The position numbers were made by a program, and so were the translations under genes. A model generated the notes under the pieces. The model made no database searches. It saw only the letters and a list, made by a program, of their open reading frames with translations, and was not told where the DNA came from. A stretch of DNA of 32,000 nucleotides from Delftia acidovorans NBRC 14950 (GTDB lineage Bacteria > Pseudomonadota > Gammaproteobacteria > Burkholderiales > Burkholderiaceae_C): NCBI RefSeq assembly GCF_001598795.1, contig NZ_BCZP01000041.1, positions 2,529-34,528 on the forward strand, in the 5' to 3' direction. Shown in pieces: positions 19,933 to 27,486 of this stretch. Numbering within the stretch: the stretch's first letter is position 1; each line of letters opens with the position of its first letter.

Positions 19933-21708
19933 TCATGGTCCCAGCAGCGCTGCAGGACTGTCCGAGCGCAGGACTTCCTGCGCCCAGGCAGTCAGCTTGC
20001 GTGTGTCGGCACGCAAGATTTCCTGCTTGACGACCAGGATCTGCGCCGGATGCATGGAAAAGCTGCGCAGACCCAGGCCGAGCAGCAGGCGCGTCATGCC
20101 CACATCCCCGGCGGTCTCCCCACAGACACAGACGCTCTTGCCCTGCGCCCTTCCTTCGGCGATCACGTCCGCCACCAGCTTGAGCACGGCGGGATGCAAG
20201 GGGTCATAGAGATGGGCCACGGTCTCGTCGGCGCGGTCGATGGCCAGCGTGTACTGGATGAGGTCGTTGGTGCCGATCGACAGGAAGTCGAAGTAACGCA
20301 AAAAAGTGCGCACGATCAGCGCGGCCGCAGGCACTTCGATCATGGCGCCCAGCTTGACCGGGCCATGGGCCACGCCTCGCGCGTCGAGTTCGCTTTGCGC
20401 CAGCCGCACCTGGGCCAGGGTCTGCTCGATCTCGCTTTGGTGGGCCAGCATGGGAAACAGCAGATGGATCTGCCCATGCGCCGCCGCACGCAGGATGGCG
20501 CGCAACTGGGTGCGGAACATGGCCGGGTCAGCCAGGCTCCAGCGGATGGCGCGTAGACCCAGCGCGGGGTTCAGGTAGTAGTCCTTGGGCTGTGCCTTGT
20601 CCAGCGGCTTGTCGGCGCCCACGTCCAACGTGCGTATGGTCACGGGCATGCCCTGCATGCCGTCCACGGCCTCGCGGTAGGCGCGGTACTGCTCCTCCTC
20701 ACCGGGCAGGTTGCCGCCACGCCCCATGAACAGGAATTCCGTGCGGAACAGTCCCACGCCCACGGCGCCTGCATGCACGGCCGCAGGCCCGTCGCCGGGT
20801 TGCTCGATATTGGCCAGCAACTCGATGCGCTCTCCGTCCAGCGTCAGCGCGGGCGTATGGCGCAGGCGTGAGAGGCGCTCGCGCTCCAGCTCGTTCTGGC
20901 GCTGGCGAAAGCCATATTCGGCCAGGATGATGGGAGAAGGATCGACGATGACGACGCCTGCGTTGCCATCGATGATAATCCAGTCGTCCTGGCGGATCAG
21001 CTGGCTGGCCGCGCGCGCGCCGACCACGGCCGGGATGTCCATGCTGCGCGCCACGATGGCCGTGTGCGAGGTGCGCCCGCCCACGGCCGTGATGAAGCCG
21101 GCAAACAGCCGGCTCTTGAACTGCAGCATGTCCACAGGCGACAGGTCCTGCGCCACCAGGACCAGGGGCACATCGGTGACTTCGTCGAGCAGCAGCGGCT
21201 GCTGCGGCGCGCCCTCCCCCGTTGCATCGGCCCGCGGCAGCGCGGCAGGCGCGGGCACGGGGCTGGCCATGCCCTTCATGTAGCGCAGGATGCGCTCGAC
21301 CACCTGCTCCAGGTCGGCCTTGCGCTCGCGCAGATACTCGTCCTCCATCTCGTCGAACTGGCGCGAGACGACCTCGAGCTGCGTGGTCAGCGCCCATTCG
21401 GCGTTGTAGAGACGATCGGAAATCCAGTGCTTGATGGCGGCGGCCAGGGCCTCGTCCTGCAACAGCAGCAGGTGGACGTCGAGCAGGGCATCGAGCTCGC
21501 CCGGCGCATCCTGGGGCATTTCATCCTGCAGGCGGCGCAGCTCGTCGATGACGGCGTTGCGTGCGCTGCGGGCGCGGTCGATTTCCGCGTCCACCTGGTC
21601 GGGCCGGATGAAGTAGTGCACCACCTCCATGCGGCTGGAGGCCACCACCACCGCGCGTCCTATCGCAATGCCCCGTGAAACGGCCAGTCCGTGGATTGCA
21701 AACGTCAT
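19933..21708 (-). CDS. ptsI: Phosphoenolpyruvate-protein phosphotransferase (PTS enzyme I), 591 aa
   Basis: Active-site His region GGRTSHTAIVARSMDIPAVVG. The PEP-utilising C-terminal domain carries SIGTNDLIQY. Confidence 0.97.
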   Translation of the reverse strand: MTFAIHGLAVSRGIAIGRAVVVASSRMEVVHYFIRPDQVDAEIDRARSARNAVIDELRRLQDEMPQDAPGELDALLDVHLLLLQDEALAAAIKHWISDRLYNAEWALTTQLEVVSRQFDEMEDEYLRERKADLEQVVERILRYMKGMASPVPAPAALPRADATGEGAPQQPLLLDEVTDVPLVLVAQDLSPVDMLQFKSRLFAGFITAVGGRTSHTAIVARSMDIPAVVGARAASQLIRQDDWIIIDGNAGVVIVDPSPIILAEYGFRQRQNELERERLSRLRHTPALTLDGERIELLANIEQPGDGPAAVHAGAVGVGLFRTEFLFMGRGGNLPGEEEQYRAYREAVDGMQGMPVTIRTLDVGADKPLDKAQPKDYYLNPALGLRAIRWSLADPAMFRTQLRAILRAAAHGQIHLLFPMLAHQSEIEQTLAQVRLAQSELDARGVAHGPVKLGAMIEVPAAALIVRTFLRYFDFLSIGTNDLIQYTLAIDRADETVAHLYDPLHPAVLKLVADVIAEGRAQGKSVCVCGETAGDVGMTRLLLGLGLRSFSMHPAQILVVKQEILRADTRKLTAWAQEVLRSDSPAALLGP

Positions 21709-21825
21709 TGCGCCTGTCCTTTGCCTGCTGCTGCGCAGGCCCCGGGCCGTCGCAATGCGGCATCGTCCGGGCCCGGCGCGTGTTGCTCTTTTGCGCTCAC
21801 CGTCTGCCAGCGCAGCGGAGGCCCA

Positions 21826-22095
21826 TCACTGGCCTTCGCCAAATTTGTCGTTGATCAGGGCCGTCAGCGCATCCATGGCTTCCTGCTCCTGCGGTCCTTC
21901 GGTTTCCAGCAGCACCTCGGAGCCCATGCCGGCAGCCAGCATCATCACGCCCATGATGCTCTTGGCATTGATGCGCCGCTCGCCCTTGCTCATCCAGACT
22001 TCGCAGGGAAAGCTGCCTGCAAGCTTGGTGAGCTTGGCGGAGGCGCGGGCATGCAGGCCCAGTTTATTGCTGATGGTTATAGGGGTCTTGATCAT
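21826..22095 (-). CDS. ptsH: Phosphocarrier protein HPr, 89 aa
   Basis: MIKTPITISNKLGLHARASAKL places His15 exactly at position 15. The Ser46 region is KSIMGVMML. Confidence 0.96.
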   Translation of the reverse strand: MIKTPITISNKLGLHARASAKLTKLAGSFPCEVWMSKGERRINAKSIMGVMMLAAGMGSEVLLETEGPQEQEAMDALTALINDKFGEGQ

Positions 22096-22525
22096 TGGAT
22101 GGTCGCGGACTCTGGTTCTGAGGCGTGTTCACGCCCACCTGCATCACCCCATGGCTGCCTCCGGCCAAGGCACGCTCGGCCACGGCTTCCAGCGCCTCGT
22201 GGCGATAGCCTATGGAGCGCAGCAGCATGGGCAAGTTCACCCCGGCCACCAGTCGCCCGGCAGGCAGCTGCGCCACCAGGCGCTGCGCCACGTTGCAGGG
22301 CGTCGCGCCAAAGAGGTCGGTCAGCACCAGCGTGGGCAGCGCCACCAGGCCGCCATGGTCCTCAAGCAACTGCTCGGCACGCATCAGGGTGGCCTCGGGC
22401 GGCTCCTGAGCGGGCACATCCAGGGCAAGGACGTCCTCGGCACTGTCGGCGAACACATGCAAGGCGCATTCGCGCAGTGCATGGGCCAAAGGTGCGTGGG
22501 TGAACAAAAGGATGCGCGTGGTCAT
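22064..22525 (-). CDS. PTS EIIA component, mannose/fructose family (PtsM-like), 153 aa
   Basis: ILLFTHAPLAHAL carries the EIIA-Man active-site His near position 10. The LTDLFGATP motif is present. Start taken at ATG 22525, which has no clear SD. An alternative ATG at 22603 has GGAGG 10 nt upstream. The 3' end overlaps ptsH by 32 nt. Confidence 0.8.
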   Translation of the reverse strand: MTTRILLFTHAPLAHALRECALHVFADSAEDVLALDVPAQEPPEATLMRAEQLLEDHGGLVALPTLVLTDLFGATPCNVAQRLVAQLPAGRLVAGVNLPMLLRSIGYRHEALEAVAERALAGGSHGVMQVGVNTPQNQSPRPSNDQDPYNHQQ

Positions 22526-22650
22526 GAAGTCACAGGGTTCGGAGTCGATTATGGCGTGCGCAAGCGCATGCAGGGCAACCGGCGCGCCTGCACTGCGTTC
22601 CATGCCACAGCTGCCTCCCGCATCCGTGGCTCCGAAACCTGTTGCCGTTG

Positions 22651-23268
22651 CTATTGCAGTTGCAGGCTGGCGAAGAAGTTGTTGGCCTCGTCTGTGCGCG
22701 GCTTGTCGCTGTAGATCACGGCATGGTAGAGGCGCGCGCCTGCCGGCTCCATTCGTGCAAACCACACGCCATGGGCGGTGAGCTTCCAGCCCTGGGGCCC
22801 CACGCCTTCAAACGTGGTGCGCAGCGACTGCGGCAGATTCAGTGCGCCTGCAGGCAGGAAAGGGCCATCTTCCTTGGAGCGCAGTTGCTTGGCGCCCGCC
22901 GGTGCCTGCCCCGGAGCACCCGGGTTCATCTGGCCGAGCACGGCTGCCTGCCAATACGACAGCATCTCGGCGGCTCTGGACGGCTCGCTGACCAGGAAGT
23001 GGGACACCGCGTAGGTCGACGCATCGGCATCGCATCCCATCATGGACATCTGCACCGTGCCCATGCCCTGGCCCAGCTCCACCGGCCGTGTTGCGGATTG
23101 CGGATCGCAGGGCAAGAGCACGCGCAGCGGCGTGCCTTCGACCGCGACCTGCCGCCAATCCAGCCTGGGACTGCAGGCGGCCAGGGGCGCCAACACCAGC
23201 AGCGCGGCGCCGAGCCGCAGGGCCAGAGCGCGGCCCTTTGCTTTAGAAAAGCTTTCCATCAATGTCAT
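22651..23268 (-). CDS. Hypothetical lipoprotein, about 205 aa
   Basis: Start trimmed to ATG 23268 (or ATG 23259). Signal peptide with lipobox LAPLAAC|S. No recognisable domain. The upstream part of the 403-aa ORF is antisense to the TlpA-like gene and was discarded. Confidence 0.65.
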   Translation of the reverse strand: MTLMESFSKAKGRALALRLGAALLVLAPLAACSPRLDWRQVAVEGTPLRVLLPCDPQSATRPVELGQGMGTVQMSMMGCDADASTYAVSHFLVSEPSRAAEMLSYWQAAVLGQMNPGAPGQAPAGAKQLRSKEDGPFLPAGALNLPQSLRTTFEGVGPQGWKLTAHGVWFARMEPAGARLYHAVIYSDKPRTDEANNFFASLQLQ

Positions 23269-23391
23269 GCCGGCATTATCGGCATGGCCCGACCTGTCCG
23301 AGCCCCGAACTTTTGCCCTTGCCGCGCATCGAAAGGCGGTGCACGGCATGCGTGCAGGCCTTCGGGCGCAACTTTGGGCACAATCGTCGCT

Positions 23392-23895
23392 ATGGCAAGC
23401 AAACATTGGATCGCAGGCGTGATGATCGCCGCAGCCGCCGGCATGGGCGCATGGGTGTATTCGGGTGCCGGCCAGACGGCCGCGCCGCAGTCCACCTTCG
23501 TACTGCTGGACGGCAGCAAGCAGACCACGGCCGACCTCAAGGGCAAGGTGACCTTGGTGAACTTCTGGGCCACCAGCTGCACCACCTGCGTGGCCGAAAT
23601 GCCCGAGATCGTTGCCACCCACCAGAAATTCCAGAGCCAGGGGTTCGAGACCCTGGCCGTGGCCATGAGCTACGACCCGCCCAGCTATGTGGTGAACTTC
23701 GCCGATTCGCGCAAGCTGCCTTTCAAGGTCGCGCTGGACAACACCGGCGCCGTGGCCCGGGCCTGGGGCGATGTGCAACTGACTCCCACCACCTACATCG
23801 TCAACAAGCGCGGCGACATCGTGAAGCGCTATGTGGGCGCACCTGACTTCGCTGAGTTGCATCGGCTGATCGAGAAGCTGCTGGCCGAGGCCTGA
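23392..23895 (+). CDS. TlpA/ResA-family periplasmic thiol:disulfide oxidoreductase, 167 aa
   Basis: ATG 23392. N-terminal membrane anchor HWIAGVMIAAAAGMGAWVY. Thioredoxin fold with VNFWATSCTTCVAEMP (CxxC). Confidence 0.9.
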   Translation: MASKHWIAGVMIAAAAGMGAWVYSGAGQTAAPQSTFVLLDGSKQTTADLKGKVTLVNFWATSCTTCVAEMPEIVATHQKFQSQGFETLAVAMSYDPPSYVVNFADSRKLPFKVALDNTGAVARAWGDVQLTPTTYIVNKRGDIVKRYVGAPDFAELHRLIEKLLAEA

Positions 23896-23913
23896 TACAG
23901 CGCAGACCAGGGC

Positions 23914-23944
23914 ACAAAAAAACCGGCACCAGGCCGGTTTTTCA
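23914..23944. terminator. Bidirectional Rho-independent terminator (tlpA-like on +, cytochrome c' on -)
   Basis: A-run, AACCGGC-ACCAG-GCCGGTT, then a T-run, between convergent stops at 23895 and 23968. Confidence 0.85.
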
Positions 23945-23967
23945 TTGGTGCATCCTCCGCCCGCCGC

Positions 23968-24414
23968 TCAACGGCTGCGGAAGCTGTCGTGGCAGGCCTT
24001 GCAGCTGGCGGCGGCCGGGCCGAAGGCGGCCTTGAGCTGGTCCAAGTTGCCGGACTTGGCCGCAGCCGCGAGCTTGACCGTCTCGGCCTGCATCTTCTCC
24101 GACAGGTCCTGGAACTTGGCCTGCTCCTTCCAGATTTCAGGCTTGGCCTTTCCACCTTCCGTGCCCGCGCCAAACGCGGCCCAAGGCAGCTTGGCCATGA
24201 AGGCCACCACCTCGGCGTTTTCCTGGGCCGCCTTGGCATCGAAGGGGATCTTTCCGTTCGCCATGGCGCCCAGGCGCCCGAAGTGCTGGCCCAGCACGGC
24301 GAGCGCGCCCTGGCGGTACTTGATGGCGTCTTCGGACTTGGCGAACTGTGCGGACGCGGGCAGCGCCGTGGCGGCCAGCAGGGCGGCCAGCGCCCATGCA
24401 GAAACTTTCTTCAT
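23968..24414 (-). CDS. cycP: Cytochrome c' (class II cytochrome c), 148 aa
   Basis: ATG 24414 with an AAGGA RBS. Signal peptide ends in ALPASA|Q. Four-helix-bundle-type sequence with the C-terminal heme site CKACH, 8 residues from the end. Confidence 0.92.
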   Translation of the reverse strand: MKKVSAWALAALLAATALPASAQFAKSEDAIKYRQGALAVLGQHFGRLGAMANGKIPFDAKAAQENAEVVAFMAKLPWAAFGAGTEGGKAKPEIWKEQAKFQDLSEKMQAETVKLAAAAKSGNLDQLKAAFGPAAASCKACHDSFRSR

Positions 24415-24506
24415 CGTGGTTTTCCTTTGGGAGTGTGGGGAAATCTGCCGGGCCAGTATGGCAGCGGCATCTTGCCGGCGCCGCTTTGATTGACCACGGC
24501 CAGGGT

Positions 24507-24531
24507 GCATTCCTGGTGCTCGCAGGAATGC
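24507..24531. promoter_or_regulatory. Perfect 9-bp inverted repeat (candidate operator) in the cycP/cybB divergent region
   Basis: GCATTCCTG-N7-CAGGAATGC, read directly from the sequence. The cognate regulator is unknown. Confidence 0.4.
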
Positions 24532-24548
24532 GGGGCGGCACAATGCCT

Positions 24549-24572
24549 CATCCCCATCCCCATCCCCATCCC
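24549..24572. repeat. Hexanucleotide tandem repeat (CATCCC)x4
   Basis: Four perfect consecutive units ending 12 nt upstream of the cytochrome b561 ATG (24585). Confidence 0.9.
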
Positions 24573-24584
24573 AGCTTTCATGCC

Positions 24585-25283
24585 ATGGCACAAGAATCGA
24601 CCACACAAGGCGCCGCCAAGCACAAGGTCCGCATCTGGGACCTGCCCACCCGGCTGTTTCACTGGCTGCTGGCCGCAACGGTGGTCGGCCTGGTCGTGAC
24701 GGCCAAGCTGGGCGGCAATGCCATGAACTGGCATCTGCTGCTGGGCCATGCCATGCTGGCCCTGCTGCTGTTCCGCCTGCTTTGGGGCCTTGTGGGCGGC
24801 CGCTGGTCGCGCTTTGCCAGCTTCATCCACGCGCCGGCCACCGTGCTGCGCCATGTGCGGGGACAAGGAACGGAGAGCGACAGCGCAGGCCACAGCCCGC
24901 TGGGCGCCCTGTCCGTGTTTGCCATGCTGGCCGTACTGATCGCCCAGGTGAGCAGCGGGTTGCTCAGCGACGACGAGATTGCGTTCTCCGGGCCGCTGGG
25001 CCGCTTTGTATCGGGCGACACCGTGGCACAGGCCACCGCCTACCACGCGCACTGGGGGCAGTATCTGCTGTACGCGCTGGTGGCCCTGCACCTGTTGGCC
25101 ATCCTTTTCTATGCCTGGCGCGGACGGAGCCTGGTGCGCGCCATGGTGACGGGAGACAAGCACTTGCCCGAACCCCTGCCCTCTTCACGCGACACGGCAG
25201 CCAGCCGCCTGTTGGCATTGGTCCTGGCGTTGGTGGCGGGGGCCGCCGCATGGTGGGTGCAGCAGCTGGGGGGTGCTTTCTGA
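24585..25283 (+). CDS. Cytochrome b561 family protein (CybB-like, PF01292-type), 232 aa
   Basis: ATG 24585. VRIWDLPTRLFHWLLA with conserved His. Four TM helices, with His in helices 1, 2 and 4. Confidence 0.88.
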   Translation: MAQESTTQGAAKHKVRIWDLPTRLFHWLLAATVVGLVVTAKLGGNAMNWHLLLGHAMLALLLFRLLWGLVGGRWSRFASFIHAPATVLRHVRGQGTESDSAGHSPLGALSVFAMLAVLIAQVSSGLLSDDEIAFSGPLGRFVSGDTVAQATAYHAHWGQYLLYALVALHLLAILFYAWRGRSLVRAMVTGDKHLPEPLPSSRDTAASRLLALVLALVAGAAAWWVQQLGGAF

Positions 25284-25342
25284 CGGCGTGGCCAGATGTT
25301 GCCAGCTTGCCGCTACACTGCGTTTTCCGTCGTTTTAGCCAA

Positions 25343-25840
25343 GTGCCCGTGGACAAGCCTGCTGTCGCCTTGCTGGCGCCGAATCCCCTGGAAGACATGG
25401 ACGAAGTCCGCCAGATCTTCCAGGAGTACGCCGCAAGCCTGGATGTCGATCTGCAATTTCAAGATTTCGAGGCCGAGATCGCCGATCTGCCTGGCGACTA
25501 CGCATCGCCGCGCGGCCACATCCTGCTGGCCAAGGTCGATGGCGCCGTGGCCGGCTGCTGCGCCTTGCGCCCGCTGGACAACTGCGATTACGCCAACGCC
25601 GCCGAGATGAAGCGCCTGTTCGTGCGCAAGGCCTTTCGCGGTTTCGGCCTGGGCCGCCAGCTCGCCGAGGCCATGCTCGATGTGGCGCGCCAAGCCGGCT
25701 ATGACCATGTGCTGCTGGACACGCTGGACGACATGGAGTCGGCGCGCGCCCTCTACACGGACCTGGGCTTCGAGGAAATCCCGCCCTACTATCACAACCC
25801 CATCGCAGGGGCGCATTACCTCAAGGCCGATATCTTCTAG
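25343..25840 (+). CDS. GNAT family N-acetyltransferase, about 148-165 aa
   Basis: Acetyl-CoA motif A RLFVRKAFRGFGLGRQLAEAML. The start is ambiguous: GTG 25343, GTG 25349 or ATG 25397. The longer ORF-track form overlaps cybB and is rejected. Confidence 0.8.
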   Translation: MPVDKPAVALLAPNPLEDMDEVRQIFQEYAASLDVDLQFQDFEAEIADLPGDYASPRGHILLAKVDGAVAGCCALRPLDNCDYANAAEMKRLFVRKAFRGFGLGRQLAEAMLDVARQAGYDHVLLDTLDDMESARALYTDLGFEEIPPYYHNPIAGAHYLKADIF

Positions 25841-25868
25841 GGCCGGCTGAAGCAGCCCCCTGAAATAC

Positions 25869-25904
25869 AAAAAGGCATTGCACCTGGGTGCAATGCCTTT
25901 TTTC
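25869..25904. terminator. Bidirectional Rho-independent terminator (GNAT on +, peroxiredoxin on -)
   Basis: AAAAAGGCATTGCAC-CTGG-GTGCAATGCCTTTTTT, a stem of at least 12 bp with an A-run and a T-run. Confidence 0.9.
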
Positions 25905-25951
25905 GCAAAAGCGCGGTGCCCAGGCCCGGCAGGCCTGCAGCACGATCAGGA

Positions 25952-26458
25952 TCAGGCCTTGGCCTGGCCCAGCAGGGTGGCAGCGTCGCTGACTTCGAAC
26001 TTGCCAGGGCCTTCCACGTTCAGCGTGGCGACCTTGCCGTCCTTGACCAGCATGGAGTAGCGGTTGCTGCGCAGGCCCAGGCCCTTGCCGTTCAGGTCCA
26101 GCGTCAGGCCGGTGGCCTTGGCGAAGGCGGCATCGCCGTCTGCCAGCATGCGCACCTTGCCGTCGGTCTTCTGGTCACGGGCCCACGCGCCCATCACGAA
26201 GGCGTCGTTGACCGACAAGCACCAGATCTCGTCCACGCCGGCAGCCTTGAAGGCTTCGGCCTGCTCCACGAAGCCGGGCACATGCTTGGCCGAGCAGGTG
26301 GGAGTGAATGCGCCGGGCACGGCGAAGACCGCGATGGTCTTGCCGGCAGCGGCTTCGGGCAGCTTCACGGGGTTGGGGCCGATGCTGCAGCCATTGCCTT
26401 CGACTTCCACGTATTCCATCAGGGTGGCAGCGGGCAGGGCATCTCCGACTTTGATCAT
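25952..26458 (-). CDS. Peroxiredoxin, Prx5 subfamily, 168 aa
   Basis: ATG 26458 with an AAGGAG RBS. Peroxidatic Cys motif VPGAFTPTCS. Typical Prx5 length. Confidence 0.93.
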   Translation of the reverse strand: MIKVGDALPAATLMEYVEVEGNGCSIGPNPVKLPEAAAGKTIAVFAVPGAFTPTCSAKHVPGFVEQAEAFKAAGVDEIWCLSVNDAFVMGAWARDQKTDGKVRMLADGDAAFAKATGLTLDLNGKGLGLRSNRYSMLVKDGKVATLNVEGPGKFEVSDAATLLGQAKA

Positions 26459-26512
26459 CTCTATCTCCTTTGTGGTGCAAAACCGGGGGCCGCCGAAATG
26501 GCGGTCCCCAAA

Positions 26513-26543
26513 CGAAAAAACGACCCACATTGTGGGTCGTTTC
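26513..26543 (-). terminator. Rho-independent terminator ending the S10 operon after rpsQ
   Basis: On the minus strand: ACGACCCACA/TGTGGGTCGT palindrome followed by TTTTTTCGTTT. A second GC-rich hairpin (26485-26510, one mismatch) follows, then GGTTTTG. Confidence 0.85.
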
Positions 26544-26576
26544 CTGTGGCCTTGCAGCCGGTGGGCCTGTGTAGGC

Positions 26577-26846
26577 TTACACCAGAGCAGCCTTTTGCAC
26601 CAAGCGGGTAGCAACCCAGTTCTTGGTCTTGGACAGCGGGCGGCTTTCCGTGATTTCAACCACGTCGCCCAGCTTGTATTCACCTTGCTCGTCGTGAGCG
26701 TGGTACTTGCTGGACTTGATCATGATCTTGTCATAGATCGGGTGCTTGACGCGGCGTTCAACCATGACCGTCACGGTCTTGGCACGCTTGTCGCTGACCA
26801 CCTTGCCAATCAAGGTGCGCTTGAGGGATTTTTTAGCTTCCGTCAT
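26577..26846 (-). CDS. rpsQ: 30S ribosomal protein S17, 89 aa
   Basis: Start ATG 26846. The sequence [31 protein letters not shown] is present. Confidence 0.97.
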   Translation of the reverse strand: MTEAKKSLKRTLIGKVVSDKRAKTVTVMVERRVKHPIYDKIMIKSSKYHAHDEQGEYKLGDVVEITESRPLSKTKNWVATRLVQKAALV

Positions 26847-26859
26847 GTCGGCTTCCTGA

Positions 26860-27057
26860 TTACTTGGCAGCTTGCTTTTCAGCAAGGATGGTCTTGGCGC
26901 GGGCGATGTCACGGCGCGTAGTACGCAGCGTGTTCGTGTTACCCAGCTGTTGCGTAGCCTTTTGCATACGCAGGCCAAAGTGAGCCTTTTGCAGGGACTT
27001 CACTTCGGCTTCCAGGCCGGCAACGTCTTTTTGGCGGAGTTCAGCAGCTTTCGTCAT
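26860..27057 (-). CDS. rpmC: 50S ribosomal protein L29, 65 aa
   Basis: Start ATG 27057. The sequence [27 protein letters not shown] is present. Confidence 0.96.
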   Translation of the reverse strand: MTKAAELRQKDVAGLEAEVKSLQKAHFGLRMQKATQQLGNTNTLRTTRRDIARAKTILAEKQAAK

Positions 27058-27067
27058 GTTGTTCTCC

Positions 27068-27484
27068 TTAGGCACCAATTTGACGGGACACGAAGGTCGT
27101 ACGCAGCGGCAGCTTTGCAGCGGCCAGGCGGAACGCTTCACGAGCCAGCTCTTCAGGGACGCCCACGATTTCGTAGAGCACCTTGCCGGGCTGGATTTCG
27201 GCCACGTAGTACTCGGGGTTGCCCTTACCGTTACCCATACGCACTTCTGCGGGCTTGGTAGAGATTGGCTTGTCCGGGAACACGCGGATCCAGATACGAC
27301 CGCCACGCTTGACGTGACGCGAGATCGCGCGGCGAGCCGCTTCGATCTGACGCGCCGTCAGGCGACCACGGTCAGTGGACTTCAGGCCGAAGTCACCGAA
27401 AGCAACGGAGTTACCACGCGTTGCGATACCGGTGTTGCGACCCTTTTGCTCCTTGCGGTATTTGCGGCGAGCAGGTTGCAGCAT
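27068..27484 (-). CDS. rplP: 50S ribosomal protein L16, 138 aa
   Basis: [19 protein letters not shown]. Confidence 0.98.
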   Translation of the reverse strand: MLQPARRKYRKEQKGRNTGIATRGNSVAFGDFGLKSTDRGRLTARQIEAARRAISRHVKRGGRIWIRVFPDKPISTKPAEVRMGNGKGNPEYYVAEIQPGKVLYEIVGVPEELAREAFRLAAAKLPLRTTFVSRQIGA

Positions 27485-27486
27485 CT

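Noticed and set aside
19510-20030. 112-aa (-) and 73-aa (+) ORFs in the lipA/ptsI gap
   Set aside because: Neither has an SD. The minus ORF runs through two terminator hairpins into the lipA 3' end. The plus ORF runs into the ptsI 3' end. The region is better explained as non-coding; see the sRNA candidate.
22642-23862. Mutually overlapping 417-aa (+) and 403-aa (-) ORFs
   Set aside because: Only the 3' 167 aa of the plus ORF (TlpA-like fold, starting at ATG 23392 with a membrane anchor) look genuine. Only the 3' roughly 205 aa of the minus ORF (lipoprotein, starting at ATG 23268 with a lipobox) look genuine. The long N-terminal extensions are each antisense to the other real gene.
24348-24584. 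N-terminal extension of the b561 ORF containing PHPHPHPHP
   Set aside because: The extension overlaps the cytochrome c' gene and its promoter region, and PHPHPH is just the translated CATCCC repeat. The conserved b561 N-terminus begins just after ATG 24585.
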